The notes beneath the pieces were generated by a model that had not been told where the DNA came from, ran no database searches, and saw nothing but the letters and a program-made list of their open reading frames with translations. The translations under genes were made by a program, and so were the position numbers. Below are positions 12,801 to 26,100 of a DNA stretch of 64,000 nt, piece by piece. The stretch's first letter is position 1; each line of letters opens with the position of its first letter. The DNA comes from Centroscyllium fabricii (lineage: Eukaryota), in assembly GCA_051313645.2 (NCBI GenBank), contig JBNRSN020000167.1:186001-250000 (forward strand). Direction: 5' to 3'.

Positions 12801-15800
12801 AGCAAGCCAGTCTCCCAGAAATGCAGTCTCCCAGTAATGCAGTCTCCCAGTAATGCAGTCTCCCATTAATGCATTCTCCCAGTAATGCAGTCTCCCAGTA
12901 ATGCAGTCTCCGAGCAACGCAGTATCCCAGCAACGCAGTATCCCAGCAACGCAGTCTCCCAGCAACGCAGTCTCCCAGCAACGCCGTCTCCCAGTAATGC
13001 AGTCTCCCAGTAACGCAGTCTCCCAGTAACGCAGTCTCCCAGTAACATCGTCTCCCAGTAACGCGGTTGACAAGTAACGCGGTCCCCCAGTAATGCAGTC
13101 TCCCAGCAATGCAGTCTCCCAGTAACGCAGTCTCCCAGCAACATTGTCTCCAAGTAACGCAGTCTCCCAGTAACGCAGTCTGCCAGTAACGCAGTCTCCC
13201 AGTAACATTGTCTCCCAGTAACGCAGTCTCCCAGCAATCCAGTTGCCAAGTAACGCGGTCCCCCAGTAATGCAGTCTCCCAGCAACGCAGTCTCCCAGCA
13301 ACGCAGTCTCCCAGCAACGCATTCTCCCAGCAACGCAGTCTCCCAGTAATGCAGTCTGCCAGTAATGCAGTCTCCCAGTAACGCAGTCTCCAGTAACGCA
13401 GTCTCCCATTAATGCAGTCTCCCAGTAATGCAGTCTCCCAGTAATGCATTCTCCCAGTAACGCATTCTCCCAGTAACGCAGTCTCCCAGTAACGCAGTCT
13501 CCCAGTCACGCAGACTACCAGTAACGCAGTCTCCCAGCAACACAGTCTCCTAGTTACGCAGTCTCCCAGTAATGCAGTCTCCCAGCAACGCAGTCTCCCA
13601 GCAACATGGTCTCCCAGCAAAGCAGTCTCCCAGCAATTCAGTCTCCCAGTAATGAAATCTCCCAGCAACATTGTCTCCCAGTAATGCTGTCTCCTAGTAA
13701 CGCAGTCTCCCAGTAACGCAGTCTCCCAGCAATGCAGTCTCCCAGTAACACAGTTACCCAATAAATGCCGTCTCCCAGCAATGCAATATCCCAGTAATAC
13801 AGTCCCCCAGTAACACTGTCTCCCAGCAACATCCGCTCAGAGTAACGCAGTCTCCCAGTAACGCAGTCTCCCAGCAACGCAGCCTCCCAGTAAAGCAGTC
13901 TCCCAGTAACGCAGTCTCCCAGTAACGCAGTCCACCAGTAACACAGTCTACCAGTAATGCAGTCTCCCAGCAAAGCAGTCTGCCAGTAACACAGTCCCCC
14001 CGCAACACAGTCTCCTAGTTACGCAGTCTCCCAGTAAGGCAGTCTCCCAGCAACGCAGTCTCCCAGCAACGCAGTCTCCAAGTAACGCAGTTCCCAGTAA
14101 CGCAGTCTGCCAGTAACGCAGTCTCCCAGTAACATCGTCTCCCAGTAACGCAGTCTCCCAGCAATGCAGTTGCCAAGTAACGCAGTCTACCAGCAATGCA
14201 GTCTACCAGCAATGCAGTCTCCCAGAAATGCAGTCTCCCAGGAATGCAGTCTCCCAGTAATGCAGTCTCCCAGTAATGCAGTCTCCCAGTAATGCAGTCT
14301 CCCAGTAATGCAGTCTCCCAGTAATGCAGTCTCCCAGTAATGCAGTCTCCCAGTAATGCAGTCTCCCAGTAATGCAGTCTCCCAGTAATGCAGTCTCCCA
14401 GTAATGCAGTCTCCCATCAATGCAGTCTCCCAGTAATGCAGTCTCCGAGCAACGCAGTATCCCAGCAACGCAGTATCCCAGCAACGCAGTCTCCCAGCAA
14501 CGCAGTCTCCCAGCAACGCCGTCTCCCAGCAACGCAGTCTCCCAGTAACGCAGTCTCCCAGTAACATCGTCTCCCAGTAACACGGTCGCCAAGTAACGCG
14601 GTCCCCCAGTAATGCAGTCTCCCAGCAATGCAGTCTCCCAGTAACGCAGTCTCCCAGCAACATTGTCGCTAAGTAACGCAGTCTCCCAGTAACGCAGTCT
14701 GCCAGTAACGCAGTCTCCCAGTAACATTGTCTCCCAGTAACGCAGTCTCCCAGCAATCCAGTTGCCAAGTAACGCTGTCCCCCAGTAATGCAGTCTCCCA
14801 GCAATGCAGTCTCCCAGCAACGCAGTCTCCCAGCAACGCATTCTCCCAGCAACGCAGTCTCCCAGTAATACAGTCTGCCAGTAATGCAGTCTCCCAGTAA
14901 CGCAGTCTCCAGTAACGCAGTCTCCCATTAATGCAGTCTCCCAGTAATGCAGTCTCCCAGTAATGCATTCTCTCAGTAACGCAGTCTCCCAGTAACGCAG
15001 TCTCCCAGTAACGCAGACTACCAGTAACGCAGTCTCCCAGCAATGCAGTCTCCCAGCAAAGCAGTCTCCCAGAAATTCAGTCTCCCAGTAATGAAATCTC
15101 CCAGCAACATTGTCTCCCAGTAACGCAGTCTCCCAGTAACGCAGTCTCCCAGTAACGCAGTCTCCCAGCAATGCAGTCTCCCAGTAACACAGTTACCTAA
15201 TAAATGCCATCTCCCAGGAATGCAATATCCCAGTAATACAGTCTCCCAGTAACACTGTCTCCCAGCAACATCCGCTCAGAGTAACGCCGTCTCCCAGCAA
15301 AGCAGTCTCCCAGCAACGCAGCCTCGCAGTAAAGCAGTCTCCCAGTAACGCAGTCTCCCAGTAACGCAGTCCACCAGTAACGCTGTCTACCAGTAATACA
15401 GTCTCCCAGCAACGCAGTCTGCCAGTAACGCAGTCCCCCCGCAACACAGTCTCCTAGTTACGCAGTCTCCCAGTAATGCAGTCTCCCAGCAACGCAGTCT
15501 CCCAGCAACGCAGTCTCCAAGTAACACAGTTCCCAGTAACGCAGTCTCCCAGTAACGCAGTCTCCCAGTAACATCGTCTCCCAGTAACGCAGTCTCCCAG
15601 CAATGCAGTTGCCAAGTAACGCAGTCTTCAAGCAATGCAGTCTCCCAGCAATGCAGTCACCCAGCAATTCAGTCTCCCAGCAATGCAGTCTTCCAGCAAT
15701 GCAGTCTTCCAGCAATGCAGTCTCCCAGCAATGCAGTCTCCCAGTAATGCAATCTCCCAGTAATGCAGTCTGCCAGTAATGCTGTCTCCCAGTAATGCAG

Positions 15801-16950
15801 TCACCCAGTAATACAGTCACCCAGTAATGCAGTCTCCCAGTAATGCAGTGCCCCTGTAATGCAGTGTCCCAGTAATGCAGTCTCTCAGTAATGCAGTCTC
15901 CCAGTAATGCAGTCTCCCAGAAATGCAGTCTCCCACTAATGCAGTCTCCCAGAAATGCAGTCTCCCAGAAATGCCGTCTCCCAGCAATGCCATCTCCCAG
16001 CAATGCCGTCTCCCAGCAATGCCGTCTCCCTGCAATGCCGTCTCCCAGCAATGCCGTCTCCCTGCAATGCCGTCTCCCAGCAATGCCGTCTCCCAGCAAT
16101 TCCGTCTCCCAGCAATGCCGTCTCCCAGTATTGCCGTCTCCCAGTAATGCCGTGGGCCAGTAATGCAGTCTCCCAGTAATGCAGTCTCCCAGTAATGCAG
16201 TCTCCCAGTAATGCAGTCTCCCAGTAATGCACTCTCCCAGGAATGCAGTATCCCAGCAATGCAGTCTCCCAGCAATGCCGTCTCCCAGCAATGCCGTCTC
16301 CCAGCAATGCCGTCTCCCAGCAACGCCGTCTACCAGCAAAGCAGTCTCCCAGCAACGCCGTCTCCCAGCAAAGCAGTCTCCCAGCAAGGCAGTCTCCCAG
16401 CAAGGAAGTCTCCCAGCAAGGAAGTCTCCCCGCAAGGCAGTCTCCCAGCAAGCCAGTCTCCCAGAAATGCAGTCTCCCAGGAATGCAGTCTCCCAGTAAT
16501 GCGGTCTCCCAGTAATGCAGTCTCCCAGTAATGCAGTCTCCCAGTAATGCAGTCTCCCAGTAATGCAGTCTCCCAGTAATGCAGTCTCCCAGTAATGCAG
16601 TCTCCGAGCAACGCAGTATCCCAGCAACGCAGTATCCCAGCAACGCAGTCTCCCAGCAATGCAGTCTCCCAGCAACGCCGTCTCCCAGTAACGCAGTCTC
16701 CCAGTAACGCAGTCTCCCAGTAACACAGTCTCCCAGCAACATTGTCTGCAAGTAACGCAGTCTCCCAGAAACGCAGTCTGCCAGTAACGCAGTCTCCCAG
16801 TAACATTGTCTCCCAGAAACGCAGTCTCCCAGCAATCCAGTTGCCAAGTAACGCGGTCCCCCAGTAATGCAGTCTCCCAGCAATGCAGTCTCCCAGCAAC
16901 GCAGTCTCCCAGCAACACATTCTCCCAGCAACGCAGTCTCCCAGTAATGC
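9120..16950. repeat. Dispersed higher-order duplication inside the array: ~9.1-11.2 kb repeated at ~15.05-16.95 kb (offset ~5.93-5.96 kb)
   Basis: GTGCCCCTGTAATG at 9916 and 15848 (offset 5932). CATCCGCTCAGAG at 9337 and 15269 (5932). GTGGGCCAG landmark at 10185 and 16149 (5964). Confidence 0.85.
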
Positions 16951-18809
16951 AGTCTGCCAGTAAAGCAGTCTCCCAGTAATGCAGTCTCCCAGTAATGCTG
17001 TCTCCCAGTAATGCATTCTCCCAGTAATGCAGTCACCCAGTAATGCAGTATCCAAGCAATGCAGTCTCCCAGCAATGCCGTCTCCCAGCAATGTCGTCTC
17101 CCAGCAATGGCGTCTCCCAGCAACGCCGTCTCCCAGCAACGCCATCTCCCAGCAAGGCAGTCTCCCAGCAAGGCAGTCTCCCAGCAAGGCAGTCTCCCAG
17201 CAAGCCAGTCTCCCAGGAATGCAGTCTCCCAGGAATGCAGTCTCCCAGGAATGCAGCCTCCCAGTAATGCAGTCTCCCAGTAATGCAGTCTCCCAGTAAC
17301 GCAGTCTGCCAGTAATGCAGTCTCCCAGTAACGCAGTCTACCAGTAACGCAGTCTCCCAGCAATGCAGTCTCCCAGCAATGCAGTCCCCCCGCAACACAG
17401 TCTCCTAGTTACGCAGTCTCCCAGTAACGCAGTCTCCCAGCAACGCAGTCTCCAAGTAACGCAGTCTCCCAGTAACGCAGTCTCCCAGTAACGCAGTCTC
17501 CCAGTAACGCAGTCTCCCAGTAACGCAGTCTCCCAGTAACATCGTCTCCCAGTAACACAGTCTCCCAGCAATGCAGTTGCCAAGTAACGCTGTCTACCAG
17601 CAAAGCAGTCTACCAGCAATGCAGTCTCCCAGCAATGCAGTCTCCCAGCAATGCTGTCTTCCAGCAATGCAGTCTCCCAGTAATGCAGTCTCCCAGTAAT
17701 GCAGTCTCCCGGTAATGCAGTGCCCCAGTAATGCAGTGTCCCAGTAACGCAGTCTCCCAGTAATGCAGTCTCCCAGTAATGCAGTGCCCCAGTAATGCAG
17801 TGTCCCAGTAATGCAGTGTCCCAGTAATGCAGTCTCTCAGTAATGCAGTCTCCCAGTAATGCAGTCTCCCAGTAATGCAGGCTCCCAGTAATGCAGGCTC
17901 CCAGTAATGCAGTCTCCCAGTAATGCAGGCTCCCAGTAATGCAGTCTCCCAGTAATGCAGTCTCCCAGTAATGCAGTCTCCCAGTAATGCAGTCTCCCAG
18001 CAATGCAGTCTCCCAGCAATGCCGTCTCCCAGCAATGCCGTCTCCCAGCAATGCCGTCTCCCAGCAAGGCCATCTCCCAGCAATGCCCTCTCCCAGCAAT
18101 GCCGTCTCCCAGCAATGCCGTCTCCCAGCAATGCCGTCTCCCAGCAATGCCGTCTCCCAGCAATGCCGTCTCCCAGTATTGCCGTCTCCCAGTAATGCCG
18201 TCTGCCAGTAATGCAATCTCCCAGTAATGCAGTCTCCCAGTAATGCAGTCTCCCAGTTAAGCAGTCTCCCAGTAATGCAGTATCCCAGCAATGCAGTCTC
18301 CCAGCAATGCAGTCTCCCAGCAATGCCGTCTCCCAGCAACGCCGTCTCCCAGCAACGCCGTCTCCCAGCAATGCAGTCTCCCAGCAATGCAGTCTCCCAG
18401 CAAGGCAGTCTCCCAACAAGGCAGTCTCCCAGCAAGGAAGTCTCCCCGCAAGGCAGTCTCCCAGCAAGCCAGTCTCCCAGAAATGCAGTCTCCCAGGAAT
18501 GCAGTCTCCCAGTAATGCAGTCTCCCAGTAATGCAGTCTCCCAGTAATGCAGTCTCCCAGTAAAGCAGTCTCCCAGTAATGCAGTCTCCCAGTAACGCAG
18601 TCTCCCAACAACGCAGTCTCCCAGTAACGCAGTCTCCCAGTAACGCAGTCTCCCAGTAACGCAGTCTCCCAGTAATGCAGTCTCCCAGTAATGCAGTCTG
18701 CCAGTAACGCAGTCTACCAGTAATGCAGTCTCCCAGCAATGCTGTCTCCCAGTAACGCAGTCCCCCCGCAACACAGTCTCCTAGTTACACAGTCTCCCAG
18801 TAACACAGT

Positions 18810-21800
18810 CTCCCAGCAACGCAGTCTCCAAATAACGCAGTCTCCCAGTAACGCAGTCTCCCAGTAACGCAGTCTCCCAGTAAACATCGTCTCCCACGAA
18901 CGCAGTCTCCCAGCAATGCAGTTGCCAAGTAACGCAGTCCCCCAGTAATGCAGTCTACCAACAATGCAGTCTACCAACAATGCAGTCTACCAGCAATGCA
19001 GTCTGCCAGCAATGCAGTCTGCCAGTAATGCAGTCTCCCAGTAACGCAGTCTGCCAGCAATGCAGTCTCCCAGTAATGCAGTCTCCCATTAATGCAGTGT
19101 CCTAGTAATGCAGTTGCCAAGTAACGCAGTACCCCAGTAATGCAGTCTACCAACAATGCAGTCTACCAACAATGCAGTCTACCAACAATGCAGTCTACCA
19201 GTAATGCCTTCTCTCAGTATTGCCATCTGCCAGTAATGCAGTCTCCCAGTAATGCAGTCTCCCAGTAATGCAGTCTCCCAGTAATGCAGTCTCCCAGTAA
19301 TGCAGTCTCCCAGCAATGCAGTCTCCCAGCAATGCAGTCTCCCAGCAATGCAGTCTCCCAGCAATGCAGTCTCCCAGCAATGCAGTCTCCCAGCAATGCA
19401 GTCTCCCAGCAATGCAGTATCCCAGCAACGCAGTCTCCCAGCAACGCCGTCTCCCAGCAACGCCGTCTCCCAGCAACGCCGTCTCCCAGCAACGCCGTCT
19501 CCCAGCAACGCCGTCTCCCAGCAACGCGGTCTCCCAGCAAGGCAGTCTCCCAGGAAGGCAGTCTCCCAGGAAGGCAGTCTCCCAGGAATGCAGTCTCCCA
19601 GGAATGCAGTCTCCCAGGAATGCAGTCTCCCAGGAATGCAGTCTCCCAGTAATGCAGTCTCCCAGTAAAGCAGTCTCCCAGTAAAGCAGTCTCCCAATAA
19701 TGCAGTCTCCCAGTAATGCAGTCTCCCAGCAATGCAGTCCCCCAGCAATGCAGTCTCCCAGCAACGCAGTCCCCCAGTAACGCAGTCCCCCAGAAACGCA
19801 GTCTCCCAGCAACGCAGTCTCCCAGCAACGCAGTCTCCCAGCAACATTGTCTCCCAGTAACGCAGTCTCCCATTAACGCATTCTCCCAGTGACGCATTCT
19901 CCCAGTGACGCAGTCTCCCAGTAACGCAGTCTCCCAGCAACATCGTCTCCCAGCAAAGCAGTCTCCCAGCAATTCAGTCTCCCAGCAACATCGTCTCCCA
20001 GCAAAGCAGTCTCCCAGCAATTCAATCTCCCAGCAATGAAGTCTCCCAGCAACATTGTCTCCCAGTAATACAGTCTCCCAGTAATGCAGTCTCCCAGCAA
20101 TGCAGTCTCCCAGTTACGCAGTCACCCAGTAATGCCATTTCCCAGCAACGCAGACTCCCAGTAACACAGTCTCCCAGTAACACTGTCTTCCAGCAACATC
20201 TTCTCCCAGTAAAGCAGTCTCCCAGCAATGCAGTCTCCCTGCAACACAGTCTCCATGTAACACAGTCGCCCAGTAAGGCACTCTCCCATTAACGCAGTCT
20301 CCCAGTAACACAGACTCCTAGTAACACACTCTACCAGTAACACAGTCTAGCAGTAATGCAGTCTCACAGCAACGCAGTCCCCCAGTAACGCAGTCGCCCA
20401 GCAACAACCTCTACCAGTAACGCAGTCTACCAGTGACATCATCTCCCAGTAACGCAGCCTCCCAGTAACATCGTCTCCCAGTGAGGCAGTCTCCCAGCAA
20501 TGCAGTTGCCAAGTAACGCAGTCTCCCAGTAATGCAGTCTACCAGTAATGCAGTCTACCAGTAATTCAGTCTGCCAGCAATGCAGTCTCTCAGCAATGCA
20601 GTCTCCCAGCAATGCAGTCTCCCAGCAACGCAGTCTCCTAGCAATGCAGTCTCCCAGTAATGCAGTCTCCCAGTAATGCAGTATCCCAGCAATGCAGTCT
20701 CCCAGTAACACAGTTACCCAATAATGCCGTCTCCCAGCAATGCAGTATCCCAGTAAAACAATCTCCCAGTAACACTGTCTCCCAGCAACATCTTCTCCCA
20801 GTAATGCAATCTCCCAACAACGCAGTCTCCCAGTAACGCAGTCTCCCAGTAACGCAGTCTCCCAGTAATGCAGTCTCCCAGTAATGCAGTCTCCCAGTAA
20901 TGCAGTCTGCCAGTAACGCAGTCTACCAGTAACGCAGTCTCCCAGCAATGCTGTCTCCCAGCAACGCAGTCTCCCAGCAACGCAGTCTCCAAATAACGCA
21001 GTCTCCCAGTAACGCAGTCTCCCAGTAACGCAGTCTCCCAGTAAACATCGTCTCCCACGAACGCAGTCTCCCAGCAATGCAGTTGCCAAGTAATGCAGTC
21101 CCCCAGTAATGCAGTCTACCAACAATGCAGTCTACCAACAATGCAGTCTGCCAGCAATGCAGTCTCCCAGCAATGCCGTCTCCCAGCAAAGCAGTCTGCC
21201 AGCAATGCAGTCTCCCAGTAATGCAGTCTCCCATTAATGCAGTGTCATGGTAATGCAGTTGCCAAGTAACGCAGTCCCCCAGTAATGCAGTCTACCAACA
21301 ATGCAGTCTACCAACAATGCAGTCTACCAACAATGCAGTCTACCAGTAATGCCGTCTCTCAGTATTGCCGTCTCCCAGTAATGCTGTCTGCCAGTAATGC
21401 AGTCTCCCAGTAATGCAGTCTCCCAGTAATGCAGTCTCCCAGTAATGCAGTCTCCCAGTAATGCAGTCTCTCAGTAATGCAGTCTCCCAGTAATGCAGTC
21501 TCCCAGTAATGCAGTCTCCCAGCAATGCAGTCTCCCAGCAATGCAGTATCCCAGCAATGCAGTCTCCCAGCAATGCCGTCTCCCAGCAACGCCGTCTCCC
21601 AGCAACGCCGTCTCCCAGCAAGGCAGTCTCCCAGCAAGGCAGTCTCCCAGCAAGGCAGTCTCCCAGGAAGGCAGTCTCCCAGGAATGCAGTCTCCCAGGA
21701 ATGCAGTCTCCCAGGAATGCAGTCTCCCAGGAATGCAGTCTCCCAGTAATGCAGTCTCCCAGGAATGCAGTCTCCCTGGAATGCAGTCTCCCAGTAATGC

Positions 21801-22790
21801 AATCTCCCAGTAAAGCAGTCTCCCAGTAAAGCAGTCTCCCAATAATGCAGTCTCCCAGTAATGCAGTCTCCCAGTAACGCAGTCTCCCAGCAATGCAGTC
21901 CCCCAGCAATGCAGTCCCCCAGCAACGCAGTCCCCCAGTAACGCAGTCCCCCAGAAACGCAGTCTCCCAGCAACGCAGTCTCCCAGCAATGCAGTCTCCC
22001 ATCAACATCGTCTCCCAGTAACGCAGTCTCCCATTAACGCATTCTCCCAGTGACGCATTCTCCCAGTGACGCAGTCTCCCAGTAATGCAGTCTCCCAGCA
22101 ACATCGTCTCCCAGCAAAGCAGTCTCCCAGCAATTCAGTCTCCCAGCAACATCGTCTCCCAGCAAAGCAGTCTCCCAGCAATTCAATCTCCCAGTAATGA
22201 AGTCTCCCAGCAACATCGTCTCCCAGTAATACAGTCTCCCAGTAACGCAGTCTCCCAGCAATGCAGTCTCCCAGTTACGCAGTCACCCAGTAATGCCATT
22301 TCCCAGCAACGCAGACTCCCAGTATCACAGTCTCCCAGTAACACAGTCTTCCAGCAACATCTTCTCCCAGTAAAGCAGTCTCCCAGCAACGCAGTCTCCC
22401 TGCAACACAGTCTCCATGTAACACAGTCGCCCAGTAAGGCAGTCTCCCATTAACGCAGTCTCCCAGTAACACAGTCTCCTAGTAACACACTCTACCAGTA
22501 ACACAGTCTAGCAGTAATGCAGTCTCCCAGCAACGCAGTCCCCCAGTAACGCAGTCGCCCAGCAACAACCTCTACCAGTAACGCAGTCTACCAGTGACAT
22601 CATCTCCCAGTAACGCAGTCTCCCAGTAACGCAGCCTCCCAGTAACATCGTCTCCCAGTGAGGAAGTCTCCCAGCAATGCAGTTGCCAAGTAACGCAGTC
22701 TCCCAGTAATGCAGTCTACCAGTAATGCAGTCTACCAGTAATTCAGTCTGCCAGCAATGCAGTCTCTCAGCAATGCAGTCTCCCAGCAAC
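18810..22790. repeat. Higher-order duplication with 2,161-bp offset (~18.8-20.6 kb and ~20.96-22.8 kb)
   Basis: The private variant GTAAACATCGTCTCCCACGAACG occurs at ~18,880 and ~21,041. ORF-track pairs 19179/21340, 19873/22034, 20022/22183 and 20114/22275 are all offset by 2161. Confidence 0.9.
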
Positions 22791-23199
22791 GCAGACTCCC
22801 AGCAACGCAGTCTCCCAGCAATGCAGTCTCCCAGTAATTCAGTCCCCCAGCAATGCAGTCTCGCAGTAATGCAGTCTCCCAGTAATGCTGTCTGCCACTA
22901 ATGCAGTCTCCCAGTAACGCAGTCTCCTAGTAACGCAGTCCCCCAGTAACATCGTCTCCCAGTAACGCAGTCTCCCAGCAATGCAGACTCCCAGTAATGC
23001 AGTCTCCCAGTAACGCAATCTCCCAGTAACGCAGTCTCCCAGTAACGCAGTCTCCCAGTAACGCAGTCTGCCTTTAACAGAGTCTCCCAGCAATGCCGTC
23101 TCCCAGCAATGCCATCTCCCAGCAATGCCGTCTCCCAGCAACGCAGTCTCCCAGCAATGCAATCTCACAGGAAAGCAGTCTCCCAGCAACATTTTCTAC

Positions 23200-26100
23200 C
23201 AGTAACGCAGTCTCCAGCAACGCATCCTACCAGTAATGCAGTCTGCCAGTAACGCAGTCTCCCAGAGTCTCAGTAACATAGTCTCCCAGTGACGCAGTCT
23301 CCCAGCAACGCAGTCTCCCAGCAACGCAGTCTCCCAGCAAAGCAGCCTCCCAGCTACGCAGTCTCCCAGCAACGCAGTCTCCCAGCAACACAGTCTCCCA
23401 GTAATGCAGTCTGCCACTACTGCAGTCTCCCAGTAACGCAGTCCCCAGTAACGCAGTCTCACAGTAAAGCAGTCCCCCAGTAATGCAGTTTCCCAATAAT
23501 GCAGTCTCCCAGCAACCGTCACCAAGCAAAGCAGCCTCCCAGCAATTCAGTCTCCCAAGCAACATCTCCCAGTAACGCAGTCTCCCAGCAACGCAGTCTC
23601 CCAGCAGCATTGTCACCCAGTAACGCAGTTTCCCAGTAATGAAGTCTCCCAGCAACATTGTCTCCCAGTAATGCAGTCTCCCAGTAACGCAGTCTCCCAG
23701 CAATGCAGTCTCCCAGTAACACAGTTACCAATGATTCCGTCTCCCAGCAATGCAGTATCCTAGTAATACAGTCTCCCAGTAACACTGTCTCCCAGCAACA
23801 TCTTCTCGCAGTAACGCAGACTCCCAGTAATGCAGTCTCCCAGTAATGCAGTCTCCCAGTAACGCAGTCTACCAGTAACACAGTCTCCCAGCAACACAGT
23901 CTCCCAGTAACGCAGTCCCCCCACAGCACAGTCTCCTAGTTATGCTGTCTCCCAGTAATGCAGTCTCCCATCAACACAGTCTCCAAGTAACGCAGACTCC
24001 CAGTAAAGCAGCCTCCCAGTAACGCAGTCTCCCAGTAACGCAGTCTCCCAGTAACATTGTCTCCCAGTAACACAGTCACCCAGCAATGCAGTTGCCAAGT
24101 AACGCAGTCCCCCAGTAATGCAGTCTACCAGCAATGCAGTCTCCCAGCAACGCAGTCTCCCAGTAATGCAGTCTCCCAGTAATGCAGTCCCCCAGCAATG
24201 CAGTCTCACAGTAATGCCGTCTCCCAGTAACGCTGTCTCCCAGTAATATAGTCTCCTAGTAATGCTGTCCCCCAGTAACGCAGTCTCCCAGTAACACCGT
24301 CTCTCAGTAATGCAGTCTCCCAGTAATGCAGTCTCCCAGTAACGCAGTCAAACAGCAACATCTTTTACCAGTAATGTAGTCTCCCAGCAACGCAGTCGCC
24401 CAGCAACGCAGTCTCCCAGTAATGCAGCATACCAGTAATGCAGTCTGCCAGTAGCGCAATCACCCAGAAATGCAGTGTCCCAGCAACACAGTCTCCCAGT
24501 AACACAGTAACATAGTCTCCCAGTAATGCAGTCTCCCAGTAACGCAGTCTCCCAACAACGTAGTCTCCCAGCAATGCAGTCTCCCAGCAACGCAGTCTCC
24601 CAGCAACGCAGTCTCCCAGCAACGCAGTCTCCCAGCAACACAGTCTCCCAGTAATGCAGTCTGCCAGTAATGCAGTCTCCCAGTAACGCAGTCTTCAGTA
24701 ACGCAGTCTCCCAGTAATGCAGTCCCCCAGTAATGCAGTCTCCCAGTAAAGAAGCCTCCCAGCAACATTGTCTCCCAGTAACGCAGTCTCCCAGCAACCG
24801 TCACCCGGCAAAGCAGCCTCCCAGCATTTCAATCTCCCAAGCAACATCTCCCAGTAATGCAGTCTCCCAGCAATGCAGTCTCCCAGCAGCATTGTCTCCC
24901 AGTAATGCAGTCTCACAGTAACGCAGGCTCCCAGTAACGCATTGCCCCAGTAACACAGTCTCCCAGTAACGCAGTCTCCCAGCAACATCGTCTCCCAGCA
25001 AAGCAGTCTCCCAGTAATGCAGTCTCCCAGTAATGCAGTCTCCCAGTAATGCAGTCTCCCAGTAATGCAGTATCCCAGTAATGCAGTCTCCCAGTAACAC
25101 AGTTACCCAATAATGCCGTCTCCCAACAATGCAGTATCCCAGTAATACAGTCTACCAGTAACACTGTCTCCCAGCAACATCTTCTCCCAGTAACGCAGTC
25201 TCCCAGCAACGCAGTCTCCCAGCAACGCAGTCTCCCAGTAATGCAGTCTCCCAGTAACGCAGTCTCCCAGAAACGCAGTCTGCCAGTAACGCAGTCTACC
25301 AGTAATGCAGTCACCCAGCAACGCTGTCTCCCAGTAACGCAGTCCCCCCGCAACACAGTCTCCTAGTTACACAGTCTCCCAGTAACGCAGTCTCCCAGCA
25401 ATGCAGTCTCCAAGTAACGCAGTCTCCCAGTAACACAGTCTCCCAGTAACGCAGTCTCCCAGCAATGCAGTTGCCAAGTAACGCAGTCCCCCAGTAATGC
25501 AGTCTACCAACAGTGCATTCTACCAGCAATGCAGTCTGCCAGCAATGCAGTCTCCCAGCAATGCCGTCTCCCAGCAAAGCAGTCTGCCAGCAATGCAGTC
25601 TCCCAGCAATGCAGTGTCCCAGTAATGCAGTGTCCCAGTAATGCAGTCTCCCAGTAATGTAGTCTCTCAGTAATGCAGTCTCCAAGTAATGCAGTCTCCC
25701 AGTAATGCAGTCTCCCAGTAATGCAGTCTCCCAGTAATGTAGCCTCCCAGTAATGCAGTCTCCCAGTAAGGCAGTCTCCCAGTAATGCAGTCTCCCAGTA
25801 ATGCAGTCTCCCAGTAATGCAGTCTCCCAATAATGCAGTCTCCCAGTAATGCAGTCTCCCAGTAATGCAGTCTCCCAGTAATGCAGTCTCCCAGTAATGC
25901 CGTCTCCCAGTAATGCCGTCTCCCAGTAATGCCGTCTCCCAGTAATGCCGTCTCCCAGTAATGCCGTCTGCCAGTAATGCAGTCTCCCAGTAATGCAGTC
26001 TCCCAGTAATGCAGTCTTCCAGTAATGCAGTCTCCCAGTAATGCAGTCTTCCAGTAATGCAGTCTCCCAGTAATGCAGTATCGCAGCAATGCAGTCTCCC

